Assembly: GCA_012295275.1 (NCBI GenBank)
Contig: CM022668.1
Span: 6,758,001 to 6,822,000, forward strand
Direction: 5' to 3'
Length of the DNA stretch: 64,000 nt
DNA from: Chrysomallon squamiferum
Lineage: Eukaryota > Animalia > Mollusca
Part shown: piece by piece, positions 63,772 to 64,000 of the stretch
Layout: the number at the start of each line of letters is the position of its first letter
Position numbering within the stretch: the first letter of the stretch is position 1
Program-made: the position numbers and the translations under genes
Notes under the pieces: model-generated
Databases searched by the model: none
Told to the model about the DNA's origin: nothing
Seen by the model: only the letters and a program-made list of their open reading frames with translations

Positions 63772-63875
63772 AGCTAGGGATATGTTCTTGTATACTGGAG
63801 ATGTCTTGTTGTTCATATCATCAGAGAAGTTCTTGTTAAATTTCAAAGAACATGGAATGTCAAAATGTCCCCTTG
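63772..63875 (-). CDS. Second mucin-SEA gene: SEA exon 1 (mucin exon expected beyond window end)
   Basis: 104 nt; xRGHFDIPCSLKFNKNFSDDMNNKTSPVYKNISLA|gtaagt. Confidence 0.85.
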
Positions 63876-64000
63876 CTGTTCAGAAAAAGGTTTTAGACGT
63901 TCGTTAAATCAGTTTGCTCAGTGATGTGTTAAATAAATTATGTTTAAAATTACAGTTATAAAATGTTAGTAAGTTAGTACATGTTAGTAACAGATGTCTG

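Overview
AT-rich, microsatellite-dense eukaryotic DNA with spliceosomal GT-AG introns. It is probably an invertebrate and mollusc-like, inferred from a MetaSINE-like remnant and the protein types. Most long ORFs in the ORF track are microsatellite or shadow artefacts. The real content is a heavily duplicated cluster of two type-I membrane protein families. Family 1 is a mucin-SEA-EGF-TM protein with a long Tyr-rich tail. It has one near-complete + copy (24871-32446, with a 7-nt frameshift in the mucin repeat), one apparently intact - copy running off the window (58682->63875), three partial or pseudogene copies and two orphan last exons. Family 2 is a thrombospondin type-1 (TSP1) repeat-TM protein ending in NPxF. 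It has a + copy at 8522-12343, a - copy at 2339-4064, the 3' end of another + copy at 28-421 and three - strand remnants. The two families repeatedly sit tail-to-tail, and TSP1 copies sit head-to-head, giving a recurring mucin-> <-TSP1|TSP1-> <-mucin layout built by direct and inverted duplications, often joined at microsatellites. The mucin-receptor tails carry 1 to 7 copies of a 12-aa YSML repeat with ITAM-like spacing. Also present: a TA-flanked TIR DNA element, Tc1/mariner and Tigger/pogo remnants, a SINE remnant and a local foldback hairpin. All exon models were read by eye; no database search or expression data was available.
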